A stretch of 64,000 nt of DNA from Candidatus Micrarchaeota archaeon (GTDB lineage Archaea; Micrarchaeota; Micrarchaeia; Micrarchaeales; CABMGC01): assembly GCA_028866995.1 (NCBI GenBank), contig JAGWHD010000001.1, positions 636,068 to 700,067 on the forward strand, given 5' to 3'. This document shows, one piece after another, positions 8,535-16,775 of the stretch (position 1 is its first letter; each line of letters opens with the position of its first letter). Made by a program: the position numbers and the translations under genes. The notes under the pieces are model-generated. The model saw only the letters and a program-made list of their open reading frames with translations. It ran no database searches and was not told where the DNA came from.

Positions 8535-9782
8535 ATGGCGCTAAAGGTCAAGAAACAGGTCTACGACGACGTCCATGGGTACATAGAGCTGACTGAGCTG
8601 GAGACAAGGATAATCGACACGCCTATATTCCAGAGGCTGAGGCACATAAGCCAGATGGGGCCTGCCCATTATGTCTATCCAGGAGCAACGCACACAAGAT
8701 TCTCGCACTGCATGGGCGCGATGTTCATGATGCAGCAGTTCCTGGACAACGTCAGGAGCGACGGGGAGCTGCTGACCACTGATGACGAAGAGATACAGAA
8801 GCTGAGGCTTGCCGCGCTACTTCACGACGTGGGCCATTATCCGATGTCCCACACCATAGAGGATGGCATAGTCAACAGGCTGAAGGGGATGGGACACGAG
8901 CAGCTCGGGGCCGCTTTCGTGGAAAGGTTCCTGCCAGACAAGCTCGACACGTACAAGCCGCACGAGATAACGGACATATTCACCAAGAAGAGAAAGGGCA
9001 GGTTCTCGCTGCTCATATCCTCTGCGTTCGACGCTGACAAGAGCGACTACCTGCTAAGGGACTCGTACCATACCGGGGTCCTGTACGGAAGGATAAACAT
9101 AGAGAGGCTGATGCGCACCATGAGCATAGAGGACGACAGGATAGTCTTCAGCAAGGACGAGAGCGTAGTGGAGAGCTTCCTCATAGGGAGGTACCACATG
9201 TACAGGTCAGTGTACCACCACAAGACCGCTGTCGGATTCGCCCTGATGGCCGACAGGATATTCGAGATGCTCGTGAAGGAGGGCCGCATAGCCCACCCTA
9301 ACGATCTGCTCAAGTCCAGCGAGCTGGACGCATTCTCGTACAACGACAACATGTTCTATTCAGCAATGCAAGCCTACGTAAGCAATGGAAAGAACAGGTA
9401 CCTGAAGGAGCTTGCAGGGATGTTCCTCCTCAGGAAGCCGTTTGCCGCAGCGCATTTCGATCCACAGCCATCCGAGAAAGGGAAGATCCCCAAAACACCG
9501 CAGCGCATAAAGGAGATAGAAGAAAATGAAAAGGCAAAGCAGGCTTTCGCGCAGAAGTCCGGAGTCGATGAGGAATGGATATTCCCAACGTATCTTAGGC
9601 CGCTCAGCCTTGTCGATGAGAGCAGCAGGATATACACCAGCAGGGAGGGCGGGACGATGCCCCTTTCGGAGAACAGCGGGCTGATACTGGGGATGATAGG
9701 CAAGAAGACGCTTTATGACGCAAGGGTATACACCAAGAAGGAGCACGCTGAGAGGCTCAGGAAGGCGATGAAGGGATGGTGA
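8535..9782 (+). CDS. HD-domain phosphohydrolase (dGTPase/SAMHD1-like, COG1078-type)
   Basis: THTRFSHCMGAM, LLHDVGHYPMSH and DADKSDYLLRDSYHTG motifs. 415 aa. Confidence 0.8.
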   Translation: MALKVKKQVYDDVHGYIELTELETRIIDTPIFQRLRHISQMGPAHYVYPGATHTRFSHCMGAMFMMQQFLDNVRSDGELLTTDDEEIQKLRLAALLHDVGHYPMSHTIEDGIVNRLKGMGHEQLGAAFVERFLPDKLDTYKPHEITDIFTKKRKGRFSLLISSAFDADKSDYLLRDSYHTGVLYGRINIERLMRTMSIEDDRIVFSKDESVVESFLIGRYHMYRSVYHHKTAVGFALMADRIFEMLVKEGRIAHPNDLLKSSELDAFSYNDNMFYSAMQAYVSNGKNRYLKELAGMFLLRKPFAAAHFDPQPSEKGKIPKTPQRIKEIEENEKAKQAFAQKSGVDEEWIFPTYLRPLSLVDESSRIYTSREGGTMPLSENSGLILGMIGKKTLYDARVYTKKEHAERLRKAMKGW

Positions 9783-11668
9783 TGCAGGCCCCAAGCATGG
9801 ATCTCAAGGAAGAGTTCGTATCGATCCTAAAGGAAGCGATATCCAAGGGCTTCCCGGGCTCCGGAATTGGCGATGAGGAGATACTCCTGTCGTTGTCAGT
9901 GCCGAAGCCGGAGAACGGCGATATCAGCTCATCCATATCCTTCAGGATAGCAAAGACAGAGAAGAAGAACCCCAAGGAGATAGCCGAGAGGCTTGCATCT
10001 GGGGTAAAGGGCGCACGATTCATAACAAAGACGGCGGCGCTGAACGGCTACATCAACTCGAGCATAGACGAGAAGGAATACGCAGCGCATGTCCTTGGGA
10101 GCATCAAGAAGCAGAAGGGCTCATACGTAAGGAGCGGGCTCGGCAAGGGAACCAAGGTGATAGTGGAGTCTCCTAGCGTTAATCCAAACAAGCCATGGCA
10201 CATAGGCCACCTCAGGAATGCCCTGCTCGGCGATTCCATATCCAACATGATGGAGGCGTGCTCCTACAAGGTCGAAAGGGAAGATTACATAGACGACCTG
10301 GGCATGCAGGTGGCTGAGAGCTACTGGGGGTACACCAACATAAGCGACAAGCCCGACAAGAAGTTCGATACCTGGTTGGGGGAGCAGTACGTCGAGGTCA
10401 ACAAGCGCCTACAGGACAAAGCGATAGAGGAGCAGGTGAGGAAGACACTGGAGAGGATGGAAGAGGGATCATCAAAGGAGGCCAAAGAAGCAAGGAAGCT
10501 GGCCGAGGAATGCGTTAGGGCGCAGTACCAGACCGCAGGCGACTACTCCGTCTACCACGACGTTCTCGTATGGGAGAGCGACATAGTCAGGGCAAAGCTG
10601 CTTGACAAGGCATTTTCCATCCTGACTAAGAGCGGTGTTGTGAAGAAGGATACGAGCGAGAAGTACAAGGACTGCATAATAGTGGACCTGGAAAGGATAA
10701 AGCAGGTGGCCAAGGACTTCGAGAGCCCAAACGAGGACGTAAAGGTATTGATAAGGAGCAACGGCACCGCGACGTACGTGGCCAAGGACATAGCGTTCCA
10801 CATGTGGAAGTTCGGCCTTCTCGAGGACCCTTTCTCGTACGGCACCTTCATGGAAGGCCAGGGCAATGGCAAGCCGCTCTATACGACTTCAGAGTTCGGG
10901 AAGAGGATGGGATTCGCAGGGGTCAGCATGGCCGTCAATGTAATAGACAACAGGCAGAGGTATCTGCAGCTCATACTCAAGTCGATGTTCATGCTCATGG
11001 GCAGGAAGGACATATCCGATTCGATAATGCACCTCTCCTACGGAAAGGTCGATGTGGAGGGGGGCACGCTCAGCGGAAGGGAAGGCGGATGGATGGGCAG
11101 CGGCAGGAACTATACTGCGGATTCGCTGCTAGCAGAGACCGAGAAGAAGGTAATAGAGATAGTGGAGAACAGCGAGAAGATATCCAACAAGGAGAACGCA
11201 AAGGCGATAGCGAGGGCTGTCGCGATAGGGGCCATAAAGTTCGAGTTCCTGAAGATAGCTCCCGAGAAGAACATAACATTCTCATGGGAGAGAGCGCTCA
11301 AGTTCGAAGGCAACACCGGCCCCTACTGCATGTACACCTACGCAAGGGCTTCCAAGATAATAGAAGGGCAGGAGGTTGGCATGCTGAAAGACATGGATCA
11401 CATGTCAAGGTCCGATGATCTGGAGCTGGTCAAGCTTCTAGGCATGGCTCCAGAGATGCTGGAGAAGGCATGCTCCGAGTACAGGACAAACATAGTAACA
11501 GATTATCTGATAGAGCTGTGCACTGCATTCAGCAGGTTCTACGAGACCATGCCCGTCCTCAAAGGAGGGGGTGCAAAGGAGCTCAGGCTGGCGCTGGTGG
11601 ACTCCACGGCCGAGGTGCTGAAAGAGACCTTGATGCTCCTCGGGATAGCGGTCGTCAAGAGCATGTAA
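9776..11668 (+). CDS. argS: Arginyl-tRNA synthetase
   Basis: 630 aa. PNKPWHIGHLRNA (HIGH region) and a C-terminal anticodon-binding region. Overall ArgRS-like. Confidence 0.9.
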   Translation: MVMQAPSMDLKEEFVSILKEAISKGFPGSGIGDEEILLSLSVPKPENGDISSSISFRIAKTEKKNPKEIAERLASGVKGARFITKTAALNGYINSSIDEKEYAAHVLGSIKKQKGSYVRSGLGKGTKVIVESPSVNPNKPWHIGHLRNALLGDSISNMMEACSYKVEREDYIDDLGMQVAESYWGYTNISDKPDKKFDTWLGEQYVEVNKRLQDKAIEEQVRKTLERMEEGSSKEAKEARKLAEECVRAQYQTAGDYSVYHDVLVWESDIVRAKLLDKAFSILTKSGVVKKDTSEKYKDCIIVDLERIKQVAKDFESPNEDVKVLIRSNGTATYVAKDIAFHMWKFGLLEDPFSYGTFMEGQGNGKPLYTTSEFGKRMGFAGVSMAVNVIDNRQRYLQLILKSMFMLMGRKDISDSIMHLSYGKVDVEGGTLSGREGGWMGSGRNYTADSLLAETEKKVIEIVENSEKISNKENAKAIARAVAIGAIKFEFLKIAPEKNITFSWERALKFEGNTGPYCMYTYARASKIIEGQEVGMLKDMDHMSRSDDLELVKLLGMAPEMLEKACSEYRTNIVTDYLIELCTAFSRFYETMPVLKGGGAKELRLALVDSTAEVLKETLMLLGIAVVKSM

Positions 11669-11696
11669 TTAAAAGGATTAATTCAGGATATGTTTC

Positions 11697-13229
11697 ATGG
11701 CGAAACCCGCAAGGAAGACACAGTCTGCCCTTGAATACCTCTCAATATACGGAGTCGCCATCTTCATCATAGTCGCTGCCGCAGCAGCCCTCTATCTCCT
11801 CGGAGTCTACTCCCCTCAGAACAACGTCATAGGCACGTGCACGTTTTCGGAAGGGTTCAGCTGCTCCGACCTGAGGCTCTCCAGCGGCGGAGTTCTGCAA
11901 CTGGGTCTTGTCAATGCAGGACAGTATCCGATATACGTGAAAGGCATAGGCTGCAACACCAACAGGAGCGTCATCAACGTAGTCAAGACAACTGGATCCA
12001 ACAACAACACTGTCTACATACCTGTAGGCTCGTCATACGCCCTGACTGTGCAGTGCTATAAAGGCTCCAACCTGTTCTCTGCAGGCGTAGGGTCTCCGTT
12101 CACGGGATACCTAATAGTCAACTACACGGACCAATATACCGAGACAAAAACTACGAGCCTGGGAACCATAAACACGAAAGTGGTACAGGGATCAGCGACG
12201 TCCACTACATTCACTACATCCACAACCTCCACCTCCACATCGTCTACCTCAACGACCTCGACATCCACAAGCTCCTCAACGACCTCGACAAGCACGACAT
12301 CTACATCCACCACATCCACGTCTACTTCGACAAGCACGACATCAACCGTGTCGTACGTCTACTGCGTAGGCGGCTACACCGGCAGCTATATTAATAGTGT
12401 CTACTACGCGCCAGTCTCAAGCACAGGAGTCGGCGCCTGGACTGCAACAACCAACTACCCGACACCAATCTATGAACATTGGTGCTCCTCATCAGGTGGC
12501 TATGTCTACTGCGTAGGCGGCTACACTGGTTCAGCTTACTCAAGCACTGTCTATTACGCACCTATCAGCAGCACAGGCATAGGCACTTGGACTTCAACAA
12601 CAAGCTATCCACTTATCGATTCTTATGGCTGGTGCTCAACATCTGGCAGTGACATCTACTGCGTTGCTGGATATACGGGCAGCACGGCTTACAGCAACGT
12701 CTATTACGCACCTATCAGCAGCACAGGAGTTGGTACTTGGACTTCTACGACCAGTTATCCCCTTTCCATTGCATATTCCCATTGCTCCATATCTGGCAGT
12801 GACATCTACTGCGTTGCTGGTTGGGCGGGAGGGACGTCTTACAGCAACGTCTATTATGCACCAATCAGCGCAACGGGAGTCGGCGCCTGGACCTCAACAA
12901 CCAGCTATCCTATTGCATTATACGAACGCCAATGTATCACCTCCGGTGGTTACATCTATTGCATTGCGGGTTCGGGTGCAAGCAAAAACGTCTACTACGC
13001 ACCCATTTCCAGCAGCGGAGTCGGTGCATGGTCCAGCACTACAGCCTACCCACTGGATGTCGGATATCACAGATGTGCTCTATCTGGCAGCTATGTCTAT
13101 TGCGTAGGAGGCAGTGCACTAACTGCCAGCGTCTACTATGCACCCATTTCCAGCACTGGAGTCGGCGCCTGGACCTCAACAACCAGCTATCCAACATCCG
13201 TCTACGGGCAGTGGTGCTCGGCATCATAA
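11697..13229 (+). CDS. Class III signal peptide (pilin-like) protein with a Ser/Thr-rich linker and six Kelch-like repeats
   Basis: N-terminus MAKPARKTQSALEYLSIYGVAIFIIVAAAAALYL. About 50 aa of pure S/T tract. Six repeats of YCV(G/A)GYTGS...VYYAPISSTGVGAWTSTTSYP. Confidence 0.8.
   Translation: MAKPARKTQSALEYLSIYGVAIFIIVAAAAALYLLGVYSPQNNVIGTCTFSEGFSCSDLRLSSGGVLQLGLVNAGQYPIYVKGIGCNTNRSVINVVKTTGSNNNTVYIPVGSSYALTVQCYKGSNLFSAGVGSPFTGYLIVNYTDQYTETKTTSLGTINTKVVQGSATSTTFTTSTTSTSTSSTSTTSTSTSSSTTSTSTTSTSTTSTSTSTSTTSTVSYVYCVGGYTGSYINSVYYAPVSSTGVGAWTATTNYPTPIYEHWCSSSGGYVYCVGGYTGSAYSSTVYYAPISSTGIGTWTSTTSYPLIDSYGWCSTSGSDIYCVAGYTGSTAYSNVYYAPISSTGVGTWTSTTSYPLSIAYSHCSISGSDIYCVAGWAGGTSYSNVYYAPISATGVGAWTSTTSYPIALYERQCITSGGYIYCIAGSGASKNVYYAPISSSGVGAWSSTTAYPLDVGYHRCALSGSYVYCVGGSALTASVYYAPISSTGVGAWTSTTSYPTSVYGQWCSAS
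12198..12347 (+). repeat. Ser/Thr-only low-complexity coding tract (linker, likely O-glycosylation target)
   Basis: aa 168-217 of the 11697..13229 product: TSTTFTTSTTSTSTSSTSTTSTSTSSSTTSTSTTSTSTTSTSTSTSTTST. Confidence 0.9.
12348..13226 (+). repeat. Six tandem coding repeats of about 135-150 nt (Kelch-like blades)
   Basis: Six VYYAP(I/V)S(S/A)(T/S)G(V/I)G(A/T)W units. Exact DNA copies 150 nt apart: 12549..12577 = 12699..12727 and 12641..12670 = 12791..12820. Confidence 0.9.
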
Positions 13230-13282
13230 CCCGATACTCATCGCACCGACAATCTTATATCCTCTCGCTGGTCATTAGTAGC

Positions 13283-13810
13283 ATGGCGCCAAGATCTGGA
13301 AGGCAAAGGACCAAGCTCCAATCCGCTGTGGAGTACCTTACGACATACTCCTGGGCGCTCATAATCATTGCCATAGCTACAACGACATTCGTGGCATTCG
13401 GGATCTTCAACCCCTCGTCGCAGGTGACCTCGTGCAGCTTCCCTGTAGGCATCGAGTGCAAGCAGACGCTCATGTCATCGAACGGCATCCTCTACCTCAG
13501 CATATCGAACGCCAACCAGTACCCTATAAAGATAACCGCCTCAGGCTGCAACACCAACCAGACGGGCATAGTCACGCAGAACCAGAGCCTCGTGATACTC
13601 GGAGGGAGCACAGCAGCCATATCGATGCAGTGCTATTCCGGGTCAAGCGCCTTCGCTGGTAAGATAGGCGCGCTGTTCAGAGGTTCCCTGCAGCTCAACT
13701 ACACTGAGACGCAGACGGGCACGCCCCATGTCATCTACGGACAGCTGCTTGACAAGGTCTCGTCAGCAGTGTCCATAACGACCTCCGTCACCACCACGAC
13801 AACTATCTGA
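13283..13810 (+). CDS. Short class III signal peptide (pilin-like) protein, paralog of the N-terminal domain of the Kelch-pilin
   Basis: Internal ATG of ORF 12821..13810: MAPRSGRQRTKLQSAVEYLTTYSWALIIIAIATTTFVAFGIFNP. CSFPVGIEC...ISNANQYPIKITASGCNTNQ...MQCYSG parallels CTFSEGFSC...VNAGQYPIYVKGIGCNTNR...VQCYKG in the upstream gene. Confidence 0.7.
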   Translation: MAPRSGRQRTKLQSAVEYLTTYSWALIIIAIATTTFVAFGIFNPSSQVTSCSFPVGIECKQTLMSSNGILYLSISNANQYPIKITASGCNTNQTGIVTQNQSLVILGGSTAAISMQCYSGSSAFAGKIGALFRGSLQLNYTETQTGTPHVIYGQLLDKVSSAVSITTSVTTTTTI

Positions 13811-15605
13811 GCTGCGTCAGGTCAAGCTCCTTGGAGGCGATGTACCTCTCATCAAAGGCCGTGACGAATATCTTGGTATGGTTGTTGACCAGCGGAAGCC
13901 GGTAGCTTATGTTGTACGCTACGGATTCGTGAGCCGGCAGCTTCGGCAGCTGCACCGAGAGCACGTAACCCTGCAGGTTCGGGCTCTGGCTCACTATGTA
14001 GAAGGAGACGTTCTGCTGGTAGTCCGCATTGCTCGAGACGTTTATCCTCAGCTCTCCCAGCGCGTAGCCATTCTGGTATCCGTACACTGAGCTGGGATAG
14101 AGCACAGGGGTAATGCTGTCTATGGCGATGGATCTGTTGCGCAGGTACTCATCGTGCGATATTGCGGCAAGGACCAGCGACGCGACTACGACGAAAGCCA
14201 GCGCGTACCTTGCCTTTATCCTATGGCGATGTTCCTTTCCCTTCCTCTCATGCGAGTAATATACTGCAAGTATCAGCGGAACGAAGGAGAGCCCGTATAT
14301 GGATATATTCCTCCACGACAAGAAGAATATCATAGCAGGCATTATCCCGACCAGCGGCCTGAACCTGTCCGGATCAAGATAGAACAGAACCATTATCGAC
14401 AGTATCGTGATTACGGATATTGCCGTAGGGTACCAGTAGCTTACAGGATAGAACGGGACAAGGAACTGCATTATGTTGGTGCCGTAGAACGGCAGTTTTG
14501 TGGCCAAAAGAAGCACGAAGAGGTTGTTCAGTGTCACGTTCGGCGACCAAGCAATGAAGTAAACGTTCACTATGAGGAAGACTAGCGCAGACATGCCTGC
14601 GCACTTAAGCGCATTCCTCATTCCGTGCTCCTTCAACGCAAGTATGTACATCAAAGGCAGGGCGAACCATGCGAGCTGCGTGGTGCTCGCGGCAAGCCCA
14701 AGGAGCGCGCCTGACAGCAACACCCTTCTTCTTTCGAGATATGCAAGCAGCACGAACATGCTAACTGCGAGGTACGGAGTCACGACGCCTATCAGGCCGT
14801 ACGATGCCATGAACCAGAAGAGCATCGGAAGAAGAACTGCGTTGTTGCCTCCAGACCTGTCGTAGACGATGTAAGCCGCAAGCAGGCTCAGGAATATCAC
14901 GATCGCTATGTAGCTCATGAAGGAGGTTATGCCAAGCAGCGGTATGAACGCGAACACGATGAAGCTTAGCGCAGGATAGTCATAGGTGTACTCGTAAGAA
15001 CCGTTGAGCAGGACCGTGGGGAACACCCCGAGCTTGGTCGTTATGTACTCCATGCTTGTGGTGTATGGATTCTGGCCGTGGACGAAGAGGTATGACGCGT
15101 AATAGTTGAAGGCGAGCTCGTCGACGCCGTGCCAGTTCAGCCTTACGAAGGCGTACATTATGAAGTATGCGATCAACGCTATGGCTGCCACGCCGAGGAG
15201 CACCGCAGCGTATCTCCTGTAGCCCTCAAGCTTGCGCACGGACTTCCTGAGATAATGGATTGCTATGATTGAGAATACGGACGCGGCTGACACGAGGAAC
15301 AGCGGAGTCGAGACGCTCTGCACTATGTTGGGCGCAGGCACATCGACAACGAACTCGTAAGCAGAAAGTATCGCTAGAACAATAGCGATCGCTGCGAAGG
15401 CATACAGGACAGCGCCTTCCAGTTTCGCATCCCTGCCTAGTCTTGAAGGAGCGAGGAATGAGACAAGGGCCACGAGCGCTATCGCGAATATGCCCAAGGA
15501 GCCGGACACGGAGAAGTACTGCTGGTTGGTGAAAAGAAGGTACGAAAGGCCCAGGGCCACTACCGCCAGCGCGAGGTATGCCGATCTTGCGTCTATTCGT
15601 GCCAA
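13803..15605 (-). CDS. Polytopic membrane protein, GT-C-type glycosyltransferase-like (GT87/DUF2029-like)
   Basis: 600 aa, more than 12 predicted TM helices, YDYPALSFIVFAFIPLL-type loop. The C-terminal ~120 aa look soluble. Family assignment is from memory only. Confidence 0.5.
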   Translation of the reverse strand: MARIDARSAYLALAVVALGLSYLLFTNQQYFSVSGSLGIFAIALVALVSFLAPSRLGRDAKLEGAVLYAFAAIAIVLAILSAYEFVVDVPAPNIVQSVSTPLFLVSAASVFSIIAIHYLRKSVRKLEGYRRYAAVLLGVAAIALIAYFIMYAFVRLNWHGVDELAFNYYASYLFVHGQNPYTTSMEYITTKLGVFPTVLLNGSYEYTYDYPALSFIVFAFIPLLGITSFMSYIAIVIFLSLLAAYIVYDRSGGNNAVLLPMLFWFMASYGLIGVVTPYLAVSMFVLLAYLERRRVLLSGALLGLAASTTQLAWFALPLMYILALKEHGMRNALKCAGMSALVFLIVNVYFIAWSPNVTLNNLFVLLLATKLPFYGTNIMQFLVPFYPVSYWYPTAISVITILSIMVLFYLDPDRFRPLVGIMPAMIFFLSWRNISIYGLSFVPLILAVYYSHERKGKEHRHRIKARYALAFVVVASLVLAAISHDEYLRNRSIAIDSITPVLYPSSVYGYQNGYALGELRINVSSNADYQQNVSFYIVSQSPNLQGYVLSVQLPKLPAHESVAYNISYRLPLVNNHTKIFVTAFDERYIASKELDLTQLR

Positions 15606-15623
15606 CCAAATGACCCGTTCTCT

Positions 15624-16484
15624 TTACTGGTAAGCTCCAGGGTGCGGCCATTCCACGTCAGCCACGCTGAGCCTGTCGCTGACGCTGGACACCGAGCTCA
15701 TCCTGCTGAAAGCTAGGGCGCCCAAGGCGAAGAGCATTATTACCACTGACACGAGAAGGTTCTGCGTGCCGCTGGTGAGGTATTCATAGCTGAGCAGCAT
15801 CATCGATACTCCGATGACCACGCTGGAGAATATGAACGCCCTGTTTGACTTCGAGAGCGATACAAAAACTGCGATGACGTTGCAGAGAAGTACAAGCGTG
15901 TCCGTCATCGATATGATGTAGCTGTAGTTGTAGTTGCTGATGAGGGCCGATATGCCGGAATTGATCGCGTAGTTGAGTATGTACAATGCCTGCTGGTTGA
16001 AGAGCAGGAAGAGGACCGCAGAATTGACTGCGAATATAGCCGATGCGATGTAGGTGAACATGCTCCTCTGCGTCCTTACCTCCTTCTCCATAGTCGCCTT
16101 GTCTATGTCGGCAAGGCAGTAGTACTTCCCGTTATGTGTCATTATGTCGGCGTAGCAGAACGGGAGCGTGCATACGGAGCATATCGCATATGCGGGCCTC
16201 CAGGGGTGGCTGATGCAGTTCATGTTCTCCACGCTGCCGGGCTTGGGCGCCATCCTGGTCACCTTCTGCTCCAGCTTAGGTTCGGGCTTCGGTTCCTCTC
16301 TAGGCTCTACTTTCTGCTCGGCCTTCGGCTCAGGCTTTGGAACCGGTTTAGGAACAGGCCTTGGTGCTGCTTTCTGGACAGGCTTCGTAGCCTCCGGCGC
16401 TGGCCTGGGCTTCTCCCTTTCCTTCTTGCCCTCTTCGCCCTCCTTCTTTCGCAGCCTGAATATCAGGAGGTCTGAAGAATCCAT
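15624..16484 (-). CDS. Membrane protein with a Pro/Lys-rich repeat region, a Cys-rich (B-box/zinc-ribbon-like) module and about 5 TM helices
   Basis: PKPVPKPEPKAEQKVEPREEPKPEPKLEQK, then CISHPWRPAYAICSVCTLPFCYADIMTHNGKYYCLADI, then a hydrophobic C-terminal half. Confidence 0.5.
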   Translation of the reverse strand: MDSSDLLIFRLRKKEGEEGKKEREKPRPAPEATKPVQKAAPRPVPKPVPKPEPKAEQKVEPREEPKPEPKLEQKVTRMAPKPGSVENMNCISHPWRPAYAICSVCTLPFCYADIMTHNGKYYCLADIDKATMEKEVRTQRSMFTYIASAIFAVNSAVLFLLFNQQALYILNYAINSGISALISNYNYSYIISMTDTLVLLCNVIAVFVSLSKSNRAFIFSSVVIGVSMMLLSYEYLTSGTQNLLVSVVIMLFALGALAFSRMSSVSSVSDRLSVADVEWPHPGAYQ

Positions 16485-16486
16485 GC

Positions 16487-16729
16487 TCAGCCTCGCATGC
16501 CCTGCCTTCTTGCCGCCATCCTTGCGGCCCTCTCGGCCTTCTTCTGGAATATGCCCCTGTGCTTCGCGCAGCTTATGCAGTAGTATACCTTTCTCGTGGA
16601 GAAGTAGCTTACCTCAGCCTCCTTCTGCTCGGTGCTGAACCTTATCGCTTTCTCGTCTACCACAGCCTTGTTCCTCGGTACCGTCCTTCCGCAGCTGCTG
16701 CATGTCACTGGTGGCTCTCGTCCTCTCAA
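16487..16729 (-). CDS. rps26e: Ribosomal protein S26e-like
   Basis: PVTCSSCGRTVPRNKAV and KVYYCISCAKHRG align by eye with the eukaryotic eS26 motifs PIRCTNCARCVPKDKAI and KLHYCVSCAIHSK. Confidence 0.6.
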   Translation of the reverse strand: MRGREPPVTCSSCGRTVPRNKAVVDEKAIRFSTEQKEAEVSYFSTRKVYYCISCAKHRGIFQKKAERAARMAARRQGMRG

Positions 16730-16775
16730 ATGAACACCTTAATTAGCAATCGCCTCTCATATATTTAAACATTAA

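Noticed and set aside
8535-9782. HD-domain dNTPase-like protein as a possible dNTP-depletion antiviral defence gene.
   Set aside because: It is packed head-to-tail between nnrD and argS (0-nt junction and a 7-nt overlap) with native composition. That is typical of the widespread housekeeping archaeal COG1078 family. There is no defence-island context.
12198-13226. Regular ~135-150 nt periodicity that could be mistaken for a CRISPR or satellite array.
   Set aside because: The periodicity lies within one intact reading frame and encodes protein repeats. There is no repeat-spacer architecture, and no cas genes were seen anywhere in the window.
12821-13282. A long ORF (12821..13810) overlapping the Kelch-repeat gene in another frame.
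   Set aside because: Only the part from the ATG at 13283 shows a pilin-like signal and a paralogous domain. The upstream part is an alternative-frame artefact of the repeat-rich sequence.
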